From an uncultured Candidatus Saccharibacteria bacterium (GTDB lineage Bacteria; Patescibacteriota; Minisyncoccia; CAIUEV01; JAHKAQ01), in NCBI GenBank assembly GCA_964598205.1, contig CAZRBB010000001.1:28199-92198 (forward strand): a stretch of DNA of 64,000 nucleotides, written 5' to 3'. Of the stretch, positions 19,313 to 29,800 are shown piece after piece (within the stretch, counting starts at the first letter, position 1; every line of letters begins with the position of its first letter). The position numbers and the translations under genes are program-made. Below the pieces are notes generated by a model, which saw nothing but the letters and a program-made list of their open reading frames with translations, was not told where the DNA came from and did not search any database.

Positions 19313-19594
19313 TTACTTAACTGCTTCTTTTAGAGTTGCTCCAGCTTTGAATTTAGGAACCTTAGTAGCTGGAATTTGGATTTTTTCTCCTGTCTTAGGA
19401 TTAAACCCTGTTCTAGCTTTTCTGTCCTTAACAAAAAATGAACCGAATCCGGTGAAGTTAACCTTGGATCCTTGTTTGATCTTATCGGTTATTACTTCTA
19501 ATAAAGCTTCCAGGATTTCGGTAGTATTTTTTTTGTTTTGCTGGGTCTTTTCGGAAACTGCTTCTACGATATCTTTTTTACCTAGATTATTCAT
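19313..19594 (-). CDS. hup: DNA-binding protein HU
   Basis: GFGSF..RKARTGFNPKTGEKIQIPA..PKFKAG; strong SD GGGGAGGTG. Confidence 0.95.
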   Translation of the reverse strand: MNNLGKKDIVEAVSEKTQQNKKNTTEILEALLEVITDKIKQGSKVNFTGFGSFFVKDRKARTGFNPKTGEKIQIPATKVPKFKAGATLKEAVK

Positions 19595-19621
19595 GCATTC
19601 ACCTCCCCTCTCTTATGTTAA

Positions 19622-20428
19622 TTAGTTAATAACCACTTTGTTTATCCTCTTAACCTCCTTAGCTTTACCATTTTTTTTGATTTCCACCAAGACTCCTTGA
19701 ACAATTGCCTCTTGCCATTCATCATCCCAATCCGAATCCACTGCGTCTAATTGTAAGAATCCCTGAATTACTTGTTCCTTATTCTTACCGAGAATGGAAT
19801 GTCTAACCCCGCACATGCCAGCGTCTGTTAAATAAGCCGTTCCATTGGGCAAAATTTGATCATCGGCTGTTTGTACATGAGTGTGAGTTCCGATTAGAGC
19901 AGAAACCTGACCATCTAAGTAATAGCCAAGAGCTCTTTTTTCGCTGGTGGTCTCGGCATGAAAATCAATCAAAACTGCATTACAATTTTCATGCTCTATT
20001 GCTTTTAGTATTTTCTTTGCTTCAATAAAAGGGCAGGTATAATTATTACGGAAAAAAGTCTGACCTATTAAATTAATAATAGCTATTTTTTTAGAAAAAA
20101 TATTCAGAATCTGAAACCCTCTCCCAGGGACTCCTTCTGGGTAGTTAGCTGGCCTTAAAATAGGGAATTTTTTTTCACTAACTAACCGACGACCTTCTTT
20201 TTTCCAAACATGATTCCCTGAAGTAAAAAAATCTACTCCGGCGTTTTGCAAGTCTTTCAGAGTGTTTTCAGTTATTCCCTTTCCATGAGCAACATTCTCT
20301 GCGTTAGCGATTGTTAAGTCGGGGGAGAAGTCTTCTTTGAGCTGAGGCATTATCTTGGCCACTGCCTCTCTTCCTGGTCTACCAACTACATCTCCTAAAA
20401 AAAGAATTTTCAAAGTTTTATCTTGCAT
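19622..20428 (-). CDS. ymdB: YmdB-family metallophosphoesterase
   Basis: GDVVGRPGR, NAENVAHG, TSGNH, DFHAETTSEK, GTHTHV; directly follows rny. Confidence 0.9.
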   Translation of the reverse strand: MQDKTLKILFLGDVVGRPGREAVAKIMPQLKEDFSPDLTIANAENVAHGKGITENTLKDLQNAGVDFFTSGNHVWKKEGRRLVSEKKFPILRPANYPEGVPGRGFQILNIFSKKIAIINLIGQTFFRNNYTCPFIEAKKILKAIEHENCNAVLIDFHAETTSEKRALGYYLDGQVSALIGTHTHVQTADDQILPNGTAYLTDAGMCGVRHSILGKNKEQVIQGFLQLDAVDSDWDDEWQEAIVQGVLVEIKKNGKAKEVKRINKVVIN

Positions 20429-21938
20429 AGTCAATGGCTCTGGTTTCACGGATAATATTGACTTTTATTTCTCCAGGATACTTCAGCTCTTCCTCTATTT
20501 TGTCGGCTATTTTTCTGGCCAACTTAATTGCTCCTAGATCGTCAATGTTTTCTGGATTAACAAAAACTCGCACTTCTCTTCCTGCTTGGATAGCGTAACA
20601 TTTCTCTACTTCATCGAATGTGTTAGCTATTTTTTCTAATTCCCGTAGTCTTTTTAGGTAATTTTCCAAAGTATCTTTTCGGGCCCCAGGGCGAGAAGCA
20701 GAAATAGCGTCGGCTGCTGCAATAATTGCCGCTTCTGGTTTTTCACAAGGCAACTCATCGTGATGATGTTGCATTGCTTCTATAACATTTTCTGGGATAT
20801 TAAACTTTTTTAAAATATTAACACCGATTTCAATATGAGTTCCCTGGATTTCGTGATCCACGGCTTTACCAATGTCGTGGAGTAGACCCGCCTTTTTACA
20901 AAGCGCAGCGTCTAATCCCAATTCAGAGGCTAATAAACCAGAAAGATGTGCCACCTCTACGGAATGCAAGAGAACATTTTGACCATAGCTGGTTCTAAAG
21001 CGTAAGCGTCCTAAAATATGTACCAATTTTTCGTCTAGTCCGGCAACGCCAACATCGTAGACTGCCGCTTCTCCGGCTTCTTTAACTTTCTTAGTGATTT
21101 CCCTCTTAACCATATTAACGGTTTCTTCTATTTTGGCTGGGTGAATCCGTCCGTCTTCGATTAGCTTTTGCAGAGTGAGTCTAGCCACCTCTCTTCTTAC
21201 TGGGTCAAAAGCAGAAACAACGATTGCTTCTGGCGTGTCGTCTACAATTATTTCCGCGCCAGTTAATCGTTCAATAGCGTTAATGTTACGGCCTTCGCGA
21301 CCAATAATCCGACCCTTCATTTCGTCGTCAGGCAGGGAAACGGTAGTGGTGGTATTTTCTGTAGCATGGCCAGAAGCGTATCGTTGCATTGCCATGGTCA
21401 TAATATTCTTGGCCTTTTCTTCTAAGACCTCCTTATTGTTCTGCTCTAATTTCTTTATTTTTAAAAGAATTGCTTCTTCGTTTTCTTCTTCTATTAATTT
21501 CAACATTAACTCTTTGGCTTCTTCTTTTTTGAGCTTAGCCACGGTTTCCAGCTTATCTAGCTGTTCTTTTTTAATTAGAGAAATTTCTTCTTTTATTTCT
21601 TTTACCCTTTTGATCTTAGAGTGGATATTTTTCTTGTCTTCTTCTAGCTCCTGTTCTTTCTTTAAAATCTGTTCTTCCATTCTAGTTAAGCGAGTTTCGG
21701 CTTTATCTAGTTGACTCCGACGAATTTCTTCTTCTCTTTTGATTTCGCTTAAAGCTTTTACTGCTTTTTCCTTGGCTTTTAGAATAATGTCCTTGGCGTT
21801 TAGATCGGCATCAGAAATTAATCCTTTTGCCTTAGATTCTGCTTCCTCGATTTTCTTTTGAGTGGATATTTTGCGGAGAGAATAACCCAAAACGGCTCCT
21901 CCAATTAAGGCTGAGATAGTAAAAAAGATAGGACTCAT
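20418..21938 (-). CDS. rny: Ribonuclease Y
   Basis: TM + coiled coil + KH (KGRIIGREGRNI) + HD (LLHDIGK) + YPGEIKV. Confidence 0.97.
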   Translation of the reverse strand: MSPIFFTISALIGGAVLGYSLRKISTQKKIEEAESKAKGLISDADLNAKDIILKAKEKAVKALSEIKREEEIRRSQLDKAETRLTRMEEQILKKEQELEEDKKNIHSKIKRVKEIKEEISLIKKEQLDKLETVAKLKKEEAKELMLKLIEEENEEAILLKIKKLEQNNKEVLEEKAKNIMTMAMQRYASGHATENTTTTVSLPDDEMKGRIIGREGRNINAIERLTGAEIIVDDTPEAIVVSAFDPVRREVARLTLQKLIEDGRIHPAKIEETVNMVKREITKKVKEAGEAAVYDVGVAGLDEKLVHILGRLRFRTSYGQNVLLHSVEVAHLSGLLASELGLDAALCKKAGLLHDIGKAVDHEIQGTHIEIGVNILKKFNIPENVIEAMQHHHDELPCEKPEAAIIAAADAISASRPGARKDTLENYLKRLRELEKIANTFDEVEKCYAIQAGREVRVFVNPENIDDLGAIKLARKIADKIEEELKYPGEIKVNIIRETRAIDYAR

Positions 21939-22003
21939 CTGTTAGGATTTTATTGTTTAAATTAGACATTTCCGGCATTGTTTAGTCCGGTAATAATGCT
22001 CCG

Positions 22004-22032
22004 AGTCTATAAGTTTAAACCCCTTTTGTCAA
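22004..22032 (-). promoter_or_regulatory. Sigma70-type promoter for rny-ymdB-hup
   Basis: TTGACA-17 bp-TAGACT on minus strand. Confidence 0.55.
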
Positions 22033-22054
22033 AAGAAACCGACTGTTTAGCTAT

Positions 22055-23002
22055 TTATTTTTTAGAATAAAAAGAGTGACTATTTGTTGGCCGGAATTTC
22101 TTTAAATGTTTCTTAATTAAGGATTCAGCTTCTTTTTGGCTCTTTATCCAAATCACATTGGGAGTTTTTCCAAACCAAGTTAGTTGTCTTTTGGCAAAAC
22201 GGCCAATGGCAAAGTTTAATCTTAAAATAGCTTCCTGATAATTCATTTCACCACTAAGATAATAAGAGAGATAGCGACACTCCATTCCCAACTCTCTAAG
22301 TCTTTCATGACTAACTCCGTTTTTAAGCAAATTCTCTACTTCTGCTAAAAGTCCTTCTTTTAATCGCGTTTCCAGTCTTTCCTTGATTCGCTTTCTAGTT
22401 TCGGCAATTGGGTTTTTTATCCCCAAAACAAGAGAATCATGGCACGGGTAAGCACTGACGGTAGTTTTTTGTTTTTTATTAGCCAGGGCAATCTCTATTG
22501 CTCTTGTTACTCTTCTGGGGTTGTGCCAATCAAAATTAGAAGGGAGCTTTTGATTAAGTTTTTTCAAAAGAACAATCCTTTCTTCTTTTTCCATTTGCTC
22601 AACTTTTTGGCGCAATTTTAGATCTGGTCCAGCCGAAGATAGAGGAGTGGCTTCTATTACTGTTTTTAAATAAAGACCACTTCCTCCAACTAAAAAAGGT
22701 AGCCGCCCTTTTTTGTTAATTTTTCTAATAGCCGAAAAAGCTTTCTTTTGATATTGAAAAACGGAGAAATTTTTTACCGGGCTAACAATATCGATTAAGT
22801 GGTAAGGAATCTTTTTTCCTAAAATTTGGTACTCCGAAAGATCTTTTCCAGCTCCTAAGTTCAAATCCCTGTAAACTTGCCGAGAATCGGCAGAAACAAT
22901 TTCTCCATTGAATTTCAGCGCTAATTTAGCGGCGAGTCTGGTTTTTCCAGAAGATGTGGGACCAAGAAGAACAATTAAAGGTTGTTTGTTTGGTTTCTCC
23001 AT
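22055..23002 (-). CDS. miaA: tRNA dimethylallyltransferase
   Basis: GPTSSGKT, SADSRQVY, VGGSGLY, FAKRQLTWF. Confidence 0.95.
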   Translation of the reverse strand: MEKPNKQPLIVLLGPTSSGKTRLAAKLALKFNGEIVSADSRQVYRDLNLGAGKDLSEYQILGKKIPYHLIDIVSPVKNFSVFQYQKKAFSAIRKINKKGRLPFLVGGSGLYLKTVIEATPLSSAGPDLKLRQKVEQMEKEERIVLLKKLNQKLPSNFDWHNPRRVTRAIEIALANKKQKTTVSAYPCHDSLVLGIKNPIAETRKRIKERLETRLKEGLLAEVENLLKNGVSHERLRELGMECRYLSYYLSGEMNYQEAILRLNFAIGRFAKRQLTWFGKTPNVIWIKSQKEAESLIKKHLKKFRPTNSHSFYSKK

Positions 23003-23012
23003 GTTTTAAAAA

Positions 23013-24326
23013 TCAAAGCGACTTTCCTTTTAATCCAAAACTAAAAACATTAGTTACTTTTGCCAAACAAAAATGCCCAACAAGACATTTTTTTTGACCC
23101 TCTTCTAGCTGAATCTTTTTTTTATGCTCAGTTTCTCCCCAAATTATTTTTTTTGATTTTCTTCCTTTAATAAGAACCTTTAATTCTTGCCCAATTAACT
23201 TTTGATTGTTTTTTAGAGCAGTTTTGGTAACTATTTGATTTAAAACAGCTTTTCTTCTTACCTTTTCTTTTTCGGAAATATCAGAAGAAAAACTAAATGC
23301 TACTGTTTGGGGTCGAGGCGAATAACGGGAAATATAGGCCATATCGAATTTGATTTGCTCCATTATCTTTTTGGTTTTTAAAAAATCGCTTTCTGTTTCT
23401 CCAGGAAAACCAACAATAATATCTGTAGTTAGAGAGGCTTCGGGTAACTTTTTCTTTATAGATAAGGCAATGTCCAAATAATGGCTAGCAGTATATTTTC
23501 GGTTCATTGATTTTAGAATTCTGGTACTACCCGATTGAAGCGGCAAATGAATTTGCTTAGCTATTTTAGGTTCAGAAGAAATTGTTTCTAAAAGATCCGT
23601 GGAAAAATCTTTAGGGTGAGAAGTAAGAAATCGGATCCAAAAGTCTCCCTTTATTTTAGCCGCCGCACTTAGTAATCGGGGGAAATCCCAGATATCATTT
23701 TTTTTCTTATCTTGGTAAAAGTAACTGTTAACATTTTGCCCCAAAAGAGTTATTTCCTTAAAGCCTAGATTGGAAAATTGTTCTATCTCTTTTAGAATTT
23801 CTTTTGGCTTTCTAGAAACTTCTCTTCCTCTAGCGTAAGGAACAACGCAATAAGCGCAAAAATTATCACAACCAGTCATAATAGGAATCGAAGCGGAAAA
23901 AGGAGATCCTGATATTGGTTCGATTTTAAAAAACTTTTCTAAAGGAGAGGAGTTATTTTTTTGTAGCGACTCCTTATTATTTCTTAGCAGATTACAAAGA
24001 AGAGGGATGGCCTGATCAATGGGGCTAATCAAAGCCCCCAGTTTTTCCATTTTCAGAGCTACATCGGTGCGGTGCCCTAAGCAACCGGTTAATAAAATTA
24101 TAGTTTCTGGATCTTGGGACCTAATGTTAAAAACAATTCCGTAGGCTTTATTTTCTGCGGATTGGCGGATTCCGCAGCTATTAATAACCACCAAGTCTGC
24201 CTTGTCGGCGGTAGCCAGCTTTTGCAAACCCTGTTTAGCCAAAAAACCGTCTATTCTTTCTGAATCGCTGAGGTTCATTTGGCAACCAAAGGTTCTAATA
24301 AAATAAGTTTTAGGCGATTTTGTCAT
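23013..24326 (-). CDS. miaB: tRNA methylthiotransferase
   Basis: TFGCQMN, NSCGIR, GCDNFCAYCVVP, DIIVGFPGET. Confidence 0.92.
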   Translation of the reverse strand: MTKSPKTYFIRTFGCQMNLSDSERIDGFLAKQGLQKLATADKADLVVINSCGIRQSAENKAYGIVFNIRSQDPETIILLTGCLGHRTDVALKMEKLGALISPIDQAIPLLCNLLRNNKESLQKNNSSPLEKFFKIEPISGSPFSASIPIMTGCDNFCAYCVVPYARGREVSRKPKEILKEIEQFSNLGFKEITLLGQNVNSYFYQDKKKNDIWDFPRLLSAAAKIKGDFWIRFLTSHPKDFSTDLLETISSEPKIAKQIHLPLQSGSTRILKSMNRKYTASHYLDIALSIKKKLPEASLTTDIIVGFPGETESDFLKTKKIMEQIKFDMAYISRYSPRPQTVAFSFSSDISEKEKVRRKAVLNQIVTKTALKNNQKLIGQELKVLIKGRKSKKIIWGETEHKKKIQLEEGQKKCLVGHFCLAKVTNVFSFGLKGKSL

Positions 24327-24327
24327 T

Positions 24328-26133
24328 TTACTGCTTGGCGTTGATTTCCTCTTGGATTTTTTTCTTTAATTCCTCTGCTTTCATTACTAGTTGTTCCTTT
24401 TCACCTCTTTTGCGGACAGTTACCGTTTCTTCTTTTTCTTCTTTTTCTCCTACAATAATCATGTAAGGAATTTTCTCTTTTTCGGCATTTCTAATCCGTT
24501 TCCCTAGCGATTCATCGGAGTTATCTGCTTCTGCTCTAATCCCTTCTTTTTTTAAGAGGACAGTAATTTTTTTAGCATAAGCATCAAATTTTTCGGAAAC
24601 AGGGATTACTCTTGTTTGGATAGGGGAGAGCCAGAGAGGGAAGGCACCAGCGTAGTGCTCTATTAAGAAAGCAAAAAATCTTTCAAAGGATCCAATCAGC
24701 GCTCTGTGAATAACAAATGGCCGCTTTTTCTCTCCTGCTGTGTCAATGTAAGACAAATCAAATCTTTCTGGTAAATTAAAGTCCACCTGGATTGTGGAAA
24801 TTGAATCCTCTTTTCCAAAAACATTAACCGCCTGAACATCGAGCTTTGGTCCATAAAATGCGGCTTCGCCTTTGGCTTCATAAAAGTCGATTTTATTTTT
24901 ACTCAAAACCTGACGCAATGTTTCTTCGGCTTTTTTCCAATCTTCCTTTCTTCCTACATACTTATCGCTCTTAGGGTCAGAAAGAGAAAGTCGGAACCGA
25001 TAATTTTTGAAACCTAAATCGCTATAAAATAGAAGGAGCATTTCTAATACTTCCGTGAACTGATCTTCTAATTGTTCGGATGTGCAGTAAATATGGGCAT
25101 CGTTTTGCGTAAAACCCCGCACTCTTTGGAGTCCGTGTAACTCACCAGATTTTTCGTAACGGTAAACAGTTCCTAATTCCCCAATTTTCATTGGTAGTTC
25201 TCTGTAACTTCTTGGCTTCATTTTGTAAACCATCATTCCGGCCGGGCAGTTCATTGGCTTTAGGAGAAAAGTTTCCTTGGCAACAACTTTCTTTCCTTCT
25301 TGTGATTCCTTCAATGATTGTCCGACTTCTAGGGTGGGGTACATACTTTCGTTGTAAAAATTCCAATGGCCGGAAGTTTCAAAAAGTTCTTTACGGTTAA
25401 TGTGTGGGGTTAGAATGTGTTCATAACCGTAGGAGCGTTCCATCTTAATCATGTAATCTTCCAAGGTTCTCCGAATAACATATCCCTTTGGGAGCCAGAC
25501 CGGCAGTCCTTGGCCAATCTCTGGGAAATTAGCAAACAATTCCAACTCTTTTCCCAATTTTCCATGATCTCTTTTTTCGGCTTCCTCGGTTAATCGCAAA
25601 TGTTCCTTTAATTCTTTTTTTGTTTCAAAAGCCAAGCCGTAAATTCGTTGGAGCATTTTATTCTTTTCGTTTCCCTTCCAATAAGCCCCAGCTATTTTTT
25701 GTAAACAAATTCCTTCGGCCTGAATTTTTCCAGTTGATTCTATGTGTGGTCCACGGCATAAATCTGTGAAATTGCCAGTCTTGTAAATAGTTACCGTTTT
25801 TTCTTTAGCTTCTTCTAGGTCTTTAATTAGTTCGGCCTTGTAGGGCTGAGTAGCTTCTGGGAAAATTTTGGCAACTTCCAAGAAAGAAACCTCAGAAACC
25901 AAAAATGGCAGATCTCTTTTAATAATTTCTTTTATTTTTTCTTCTAAAATCGGGAGATCTTCTGGGGAAAGTGGGCGAGGGAGATCAAAGTCATAGTAAA
26001 AACCATAATCAATCGCCGGACCAATGCCGAATTTAGCTTCGGGAAACATTTCTAAAACTGCTAAAGCTAGAACATGAGCAGTGGAATGTCTTAACATTTC
26101 CAATCTTTCTGTTTTTTGGTTGTTCTTTTTCAT
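24328..26133 (-). CDS. thrS: Threonine--tRNA ligase (no TGS domain)
   Basis: RHSTAHVLA, DLCRGPH, LKPMNCP, RVRGFTQNDAH, AFYGPK; start set at MKKNNQK. Confidence 0.97.
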   Translation of the reverse strand: MKKNNQKTERLEMLRHSTAHVLALAVLEMFPEAKFGIGPAIDYGFYYDFDLPRPLSPEDLPILEEKIKEIIKRDLPFLVSEVSFLEVAKIFPEATQPYKAELIKDLEEAKEKTVTIYKTGNFTDLCRGPHIESTGKIQAEGICLQKIAGAYWKGNEKNKMLQRIYGLAFETKKELKEHLRLTEEAEKRDHGKLGKELELFANFPEIGQGLPVWLPKGYVIRRTLEDYMIKMERSYGYEHILTPHINRKELFETSGHWNFYNESMYPTLEVGQSLKESQEGKKVVAKETFLLKPMNCPAGMMVYKMKPRSYRELPMKIGELGTVYRYEKSGELHGLQRVRGFTQNDAHIYCTSEQLEDQFTEVLEMLLLFYSDLGFKNYRFRLSLSDPKSDKYVGRKEDWKKAEETLRQVLSKNKIDFYEAKGEAAFYGPKLDVQAVNVFGKEDSISTIQVDFNLPERFDLSYIDTAGEKKRPFVIHRALIGSFERFFAFLIEHYAGAFPLWLSPIQTRVIPVSEKFDAYAKKITVLLKKEGIRAEADNSDESLGKRIRNAEKEKIPYMIIVGEKEEKEETVTVRKRGEKEQLVMKAEELKKKIQEEINAKQ

Positions 26134-26144
26134 ATATTTGCTTA

Positions 26145-26311
26145 AATAAAAATAGCCCTTCTTCTTGGCTGTTGAGACTCCGGCTAAACCCGAAGCGGTT
26201 CCACTCAACTTCCCAAAGAATGGGCTCCTTTATTTGTGAAAGATAACGCTCTTTCTTTTTTTAGCGAGAGCTCCCCAGTTGGTGAGTCTGGTTCAAAGCT
26301 CTATAAAACTT
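26145..26311 (-). promoter_or_regulatory. Compact T-box riboswitch in the thrS leader
   Basis: Antiterminator GTTGAG-TGGAACC-GCTTCGG..CCGGAGT-CTCAAC; upstream GAAAGA-GCGTTA-TCTTTC and CCCA..TGGG stems; ACC (Thr) in loop of the 5' hairpin. Confidence 0.8.
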
Positions 26312-26317
26312 AGTCCC

Positions 26318-26346
26318 AGTCTAGACTTTTTTAAAACGATAAGCAA
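26318..26346 (-). promoter_or_regulatory. Putative thrS promoter
   Basis: TTGCTT-17 bp-TAGACT on minus strand, immediately before the T-box leader. Confidence 0.5.
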
Positions 26347-26374
26347 GTAATTAAGCCTTTAATAAAACAATAAA

Positions 26375-26653
26375 ATGAATTTGATTATTGCCATTAGTCA
26401 GGAAGGAGAAGTTAGTTTATTTTTGGAAAAAAATAAAAAGCGGATTGCCAGTCTTGTCTGGAAAGATAAGAAAGACTTAATGGAAAAACTCCTACCCAAT
26501 ATAGAAAAATTCCTAAAACAAGAAAAAATAAAGCCACAAGATCTAGTAACAGTCAAGGTTTCTTCTGAAATAGAAAAAAACTGTTCCACCTCCCGAATCG
26601 CTATTGCTCAGGCCAAAGCTCTTAACTATTGCTTAGAAGGCACAAAAATTTGA
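26375..26653 (+). CDS. Short TsaB-like protein
   Basis: EKLLPNIEKFLK...TSRIAIAQAKALNY resembles the TsaB N-terminal half. Confidence 0.5.
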   Translation: MNLIIAISQEGEVSLFLEKNKKRIASLVWKDKKDLMEKLLPNIEKFLKQEKIKPQDLVTVKVSSEIEKNCSTSRIAIAQAKALNYCLEGTKI

Positions 26654-26677
26654 CATTTCTAAAATAGTTGCTAGAAT
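26650..26677 (+). promoter_or_regulatory. Putative rpoBC promoter
   Basis: TTGACA-16 bp-TAGAAT with TGn extended -10. Confidence 0.5.
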
Positions 26678-26740
26678 CCCCGCTAGAAGTAATACTCTTT
26701 TAAGGGTGGCAGAAAACTTAGTCAACAAAATTAAATAAGT

Positions 26741-26790
26741 AAAGAGGGCGGCCCGCATCTTGAGGGTTGTGTTTTTTTTTATTTTTTTTA
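26741..26790 (+). terminator. Terminator/attenuator-like hairpin in the rpoB leader
   Basis: GCGGCCC-gcatcttga-GGGTTGT followed by G-T9-A-T8. Confidence 0.5.
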
Positions 26791-26819
26791 TAGCCTTTAA
26801 TCATTCAAACTCTTTTACC

Positions 26820-29800
26820 ATGGGATTTGAAAATAAGAAGCTTCGGCTTAAAACCAGGTTTAGTGCTCACTCCAGTTTTTCCAAAAGAAAATTCTTAAAC
26901 GACATTGGCAAGGTTTTTTCCTTGCCCAACTTAATAGAGATCCAATCCAATTCTTATCGTTGGTTTGTAGAAAATGGCTTCCAAGAAATTTTGGAAGAGA
27001 TTTCCCCAATCAAAGACTATACGGGCAAAAATCTAGAACTAAGCTTCGTTAGTTTTTACTTGGATGAACCCAAATACGACGAACGAACAGCTAAAGAAAA
27101 AAATATTTCCTTCGAAGCACCAATCCGGGTTAGAACTAAGCTTCTAAACAAACAAAACGGCAAAGAGACGGATCAAGAAATATATTTAGGAGAGTTCCCT
27201 ATAATGACCAAAAGGGGAACTTTCATTATTAACGGAGTGGAAAGAGTAGTTGTTTCTCAGCTAATGAGATCTCCTGGAATTTTCTTTACCATGCGCCTAT
27301 TTAAGGGTCGCCGGCTTTTTGGTGCCAAGATTATTCCTAACAGAGGAGCTTGGTTAGAATTTGAAACCGACACCAGTAGCGTTATTTCTGTAAAAATTGA
27401 TCGCAAAAGAAAAGTGCCAGTAACCGCTATTCTGCGAGCCTTTGGCTATTCCACGGATCAACAATTAAAAGAAGCTTTTGCGGACACAGACAAAGGAAAG
27501 GTTAAGTATATAGAAGAAACTATTAAAAGAGACGCTTCCAAAAATCAAGGAGAAGGCTATCGGGAAGTTTACAGAAGAATTCGTCCTGGAGACATGGCCA
27601 CAGAAGAAAATGCCAAACAAATGATTGACGGAATGTTCTTCAACGCCGACCATTATGATCTTTCCAGCGTAGGGCGCTATCGCACTAATGCACGGCTACG
27701 AACCAATGTTCCAGACGACAAAGAGCACATGATTCTTTCTTTGGAAGACTTGGTGTGTACTATTAAAGAAATTATTCGCTTGAATAATGATCCACAGGCC
27801 GAACCAGACGATATTGATCACTTAGGCAATCGGAGAGTGCGAGCCGTAGGAGAGCTGGTTCAAGTTAAGTTACGCACCGGATTTGCCAGAATGGAGCGCA
27901 ATATTAAAGACAGAATGAGTACTTGTGATCTAGAAACAGTAACTCAGGGACAGTTAATCAATTCTCGACCAGTAGCCGCTTCTATTAAGGAATTTTTTGC
28001 CAGTTCTCAGCTTTCTCAATATATGGATCATGTTAATCCCTTGGCAGAGCTGGAACACAAACGCCGGCTTTCGGCTATGGGTCCTGGAGGACTTACTCGC
28101 GAAAGAGCGAGTTTTGAAGTACGCGATGTGCATCCTAGTCATTATGGAAGAATCTGTCCTATAGAAACCCCAGAAGGTCCAAACATTGGATTGGTAACCC
28201 ACTTGGCTTGCTATGCCAGAATCAATAACTATGGTTTCTTGGAAACTCCTTATCGGTTAGTAAGAAGAGTTGCTTCCTTAAATATTAAAGAAGATTGGCA
28301 AGGAGAAATATTAGGAGAAGATCTTCCAAAACTAAAACTTAAGAAAGGCATTTTATTAGACGAAAAAATAGTTAAAGTTCTTAAGAAGGCAGGGAAAGAA
28401 AATATTGCTGTTAAACCTAGAGTTACAGATGAAGTCCATTATCTTTCGGCCACAGAAGAAAGTAAGCACAACATTGGACAAGCAGGAGTCGCTATAGACG
28501 AAAAAGGCTACTTTGAAAAAGAGAGTATTCAAGCCAGAGTTAAGGGAGAGCCAGTGCTGATTTCTTACGAAGTAGTAGATTATATTGATATTGCTCCCAA
28601 GCAGATTATTTCTATAGCCACATCTTTAATCCCATTTTTGGAACATGATGATGCCAACCGTGCTCTAATGGGTTCCAATATGCAACGACAGGCTGTATCC
28701 TGCATTAAACCTCAGTCCCCGGTAGTGGGGACGGGAATAGAAGACAAAGCGGCGGCTGATTCCGGGCAAGTGGTTTTGGCAGAAGAATCAGGAGAGGTAA
28801 TAGAAGTCGATGCCGACCACATATTGGTTAAATCAGAGAAGAATAAAAAGATTGATTATGATCTTTTAACTTTTTCCAAATCTAATGCCTTTACTTGCAT
28901 TAACCAAATTCCGATAGTTTCTAAAGGAGATAAAGTTTCTAGGGGCCAGCTATTAGCAGATGGTGCTTCTACGGATAGCGGAGAATTAGCTCTAGGGCAA
29001 AATGTTCTGACTGCTTTAGTACCTTGGCGTGGTTATAACTTTGAAGACGCTATTATTATTTCCGAAAAACTAGTCCACGACGATCGTTACAGCTCCATTC
29101 ACATAGAAGATCATACAATAGATGTCCGCGACACTCGCCTAGGGCCAGAAGTAGTAACTCGCGATATTCCGAACATTGGAGAAGAACGGCTTAAAAATCT
29201 AGATGAAGAAGGTATTGTGCGCCTTGGTGCAGAAGTTTCTTCCGGAGATATTTTAGCAGGAAAGATCACTCCTAAAGGAGAAAGCGATTTAACTTCTGAA
29301 GAAAGACTTTTGCGGGCGATTTTTGGAGAAAAATCAAGAGATATTAAAGATAGCTCTCTTTATATGCCGAACGGAGAGAAAAGAAAAGTAGTGGGAATAA
29401 AAATATTTTCTCGTGAACAGGGAGATAAGTTACCTTCTGGAGTAATTAAGCAGATCCAAATAACTGTTGCTCAGCTAAGAAAAGTTCAAGAAGGAGACAA
29501 ATTGGCTGGACGCCACGGTAACAAGGGAGTAATCGCCAAAATTCTTCCTCAAGAAGACATGCCTTACCTTCCAGACGGCAAGCCGGTAGACATTGTTTTA
29601 AATCCGTTGGGAGTTGCTTCTAGAATGAACATTGGTCAGATTTTAGAAACGCATTTAGGTTGGGCGGCTTCGGTTTTGGGTTATAAAGTAGCCTCTCCTT
29701 CTTTGGGAGGTGTAACTGAAGATCAAATCACTCAAGAACTAAAAAAAGCCGGATTACCAGAAGACGGCAAAATAAAACTGATAGACGGAGTAACCGGTGA

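Noticed and set aside
27990-28090. Possible intrinsic rifampicin resistance in rpoB
   Set aside because: The key Q, D, H, R and S positions of the cluster are retained (SQYMD..HKRRLS); the remaining differences cannot be interpreted from sequence alone.
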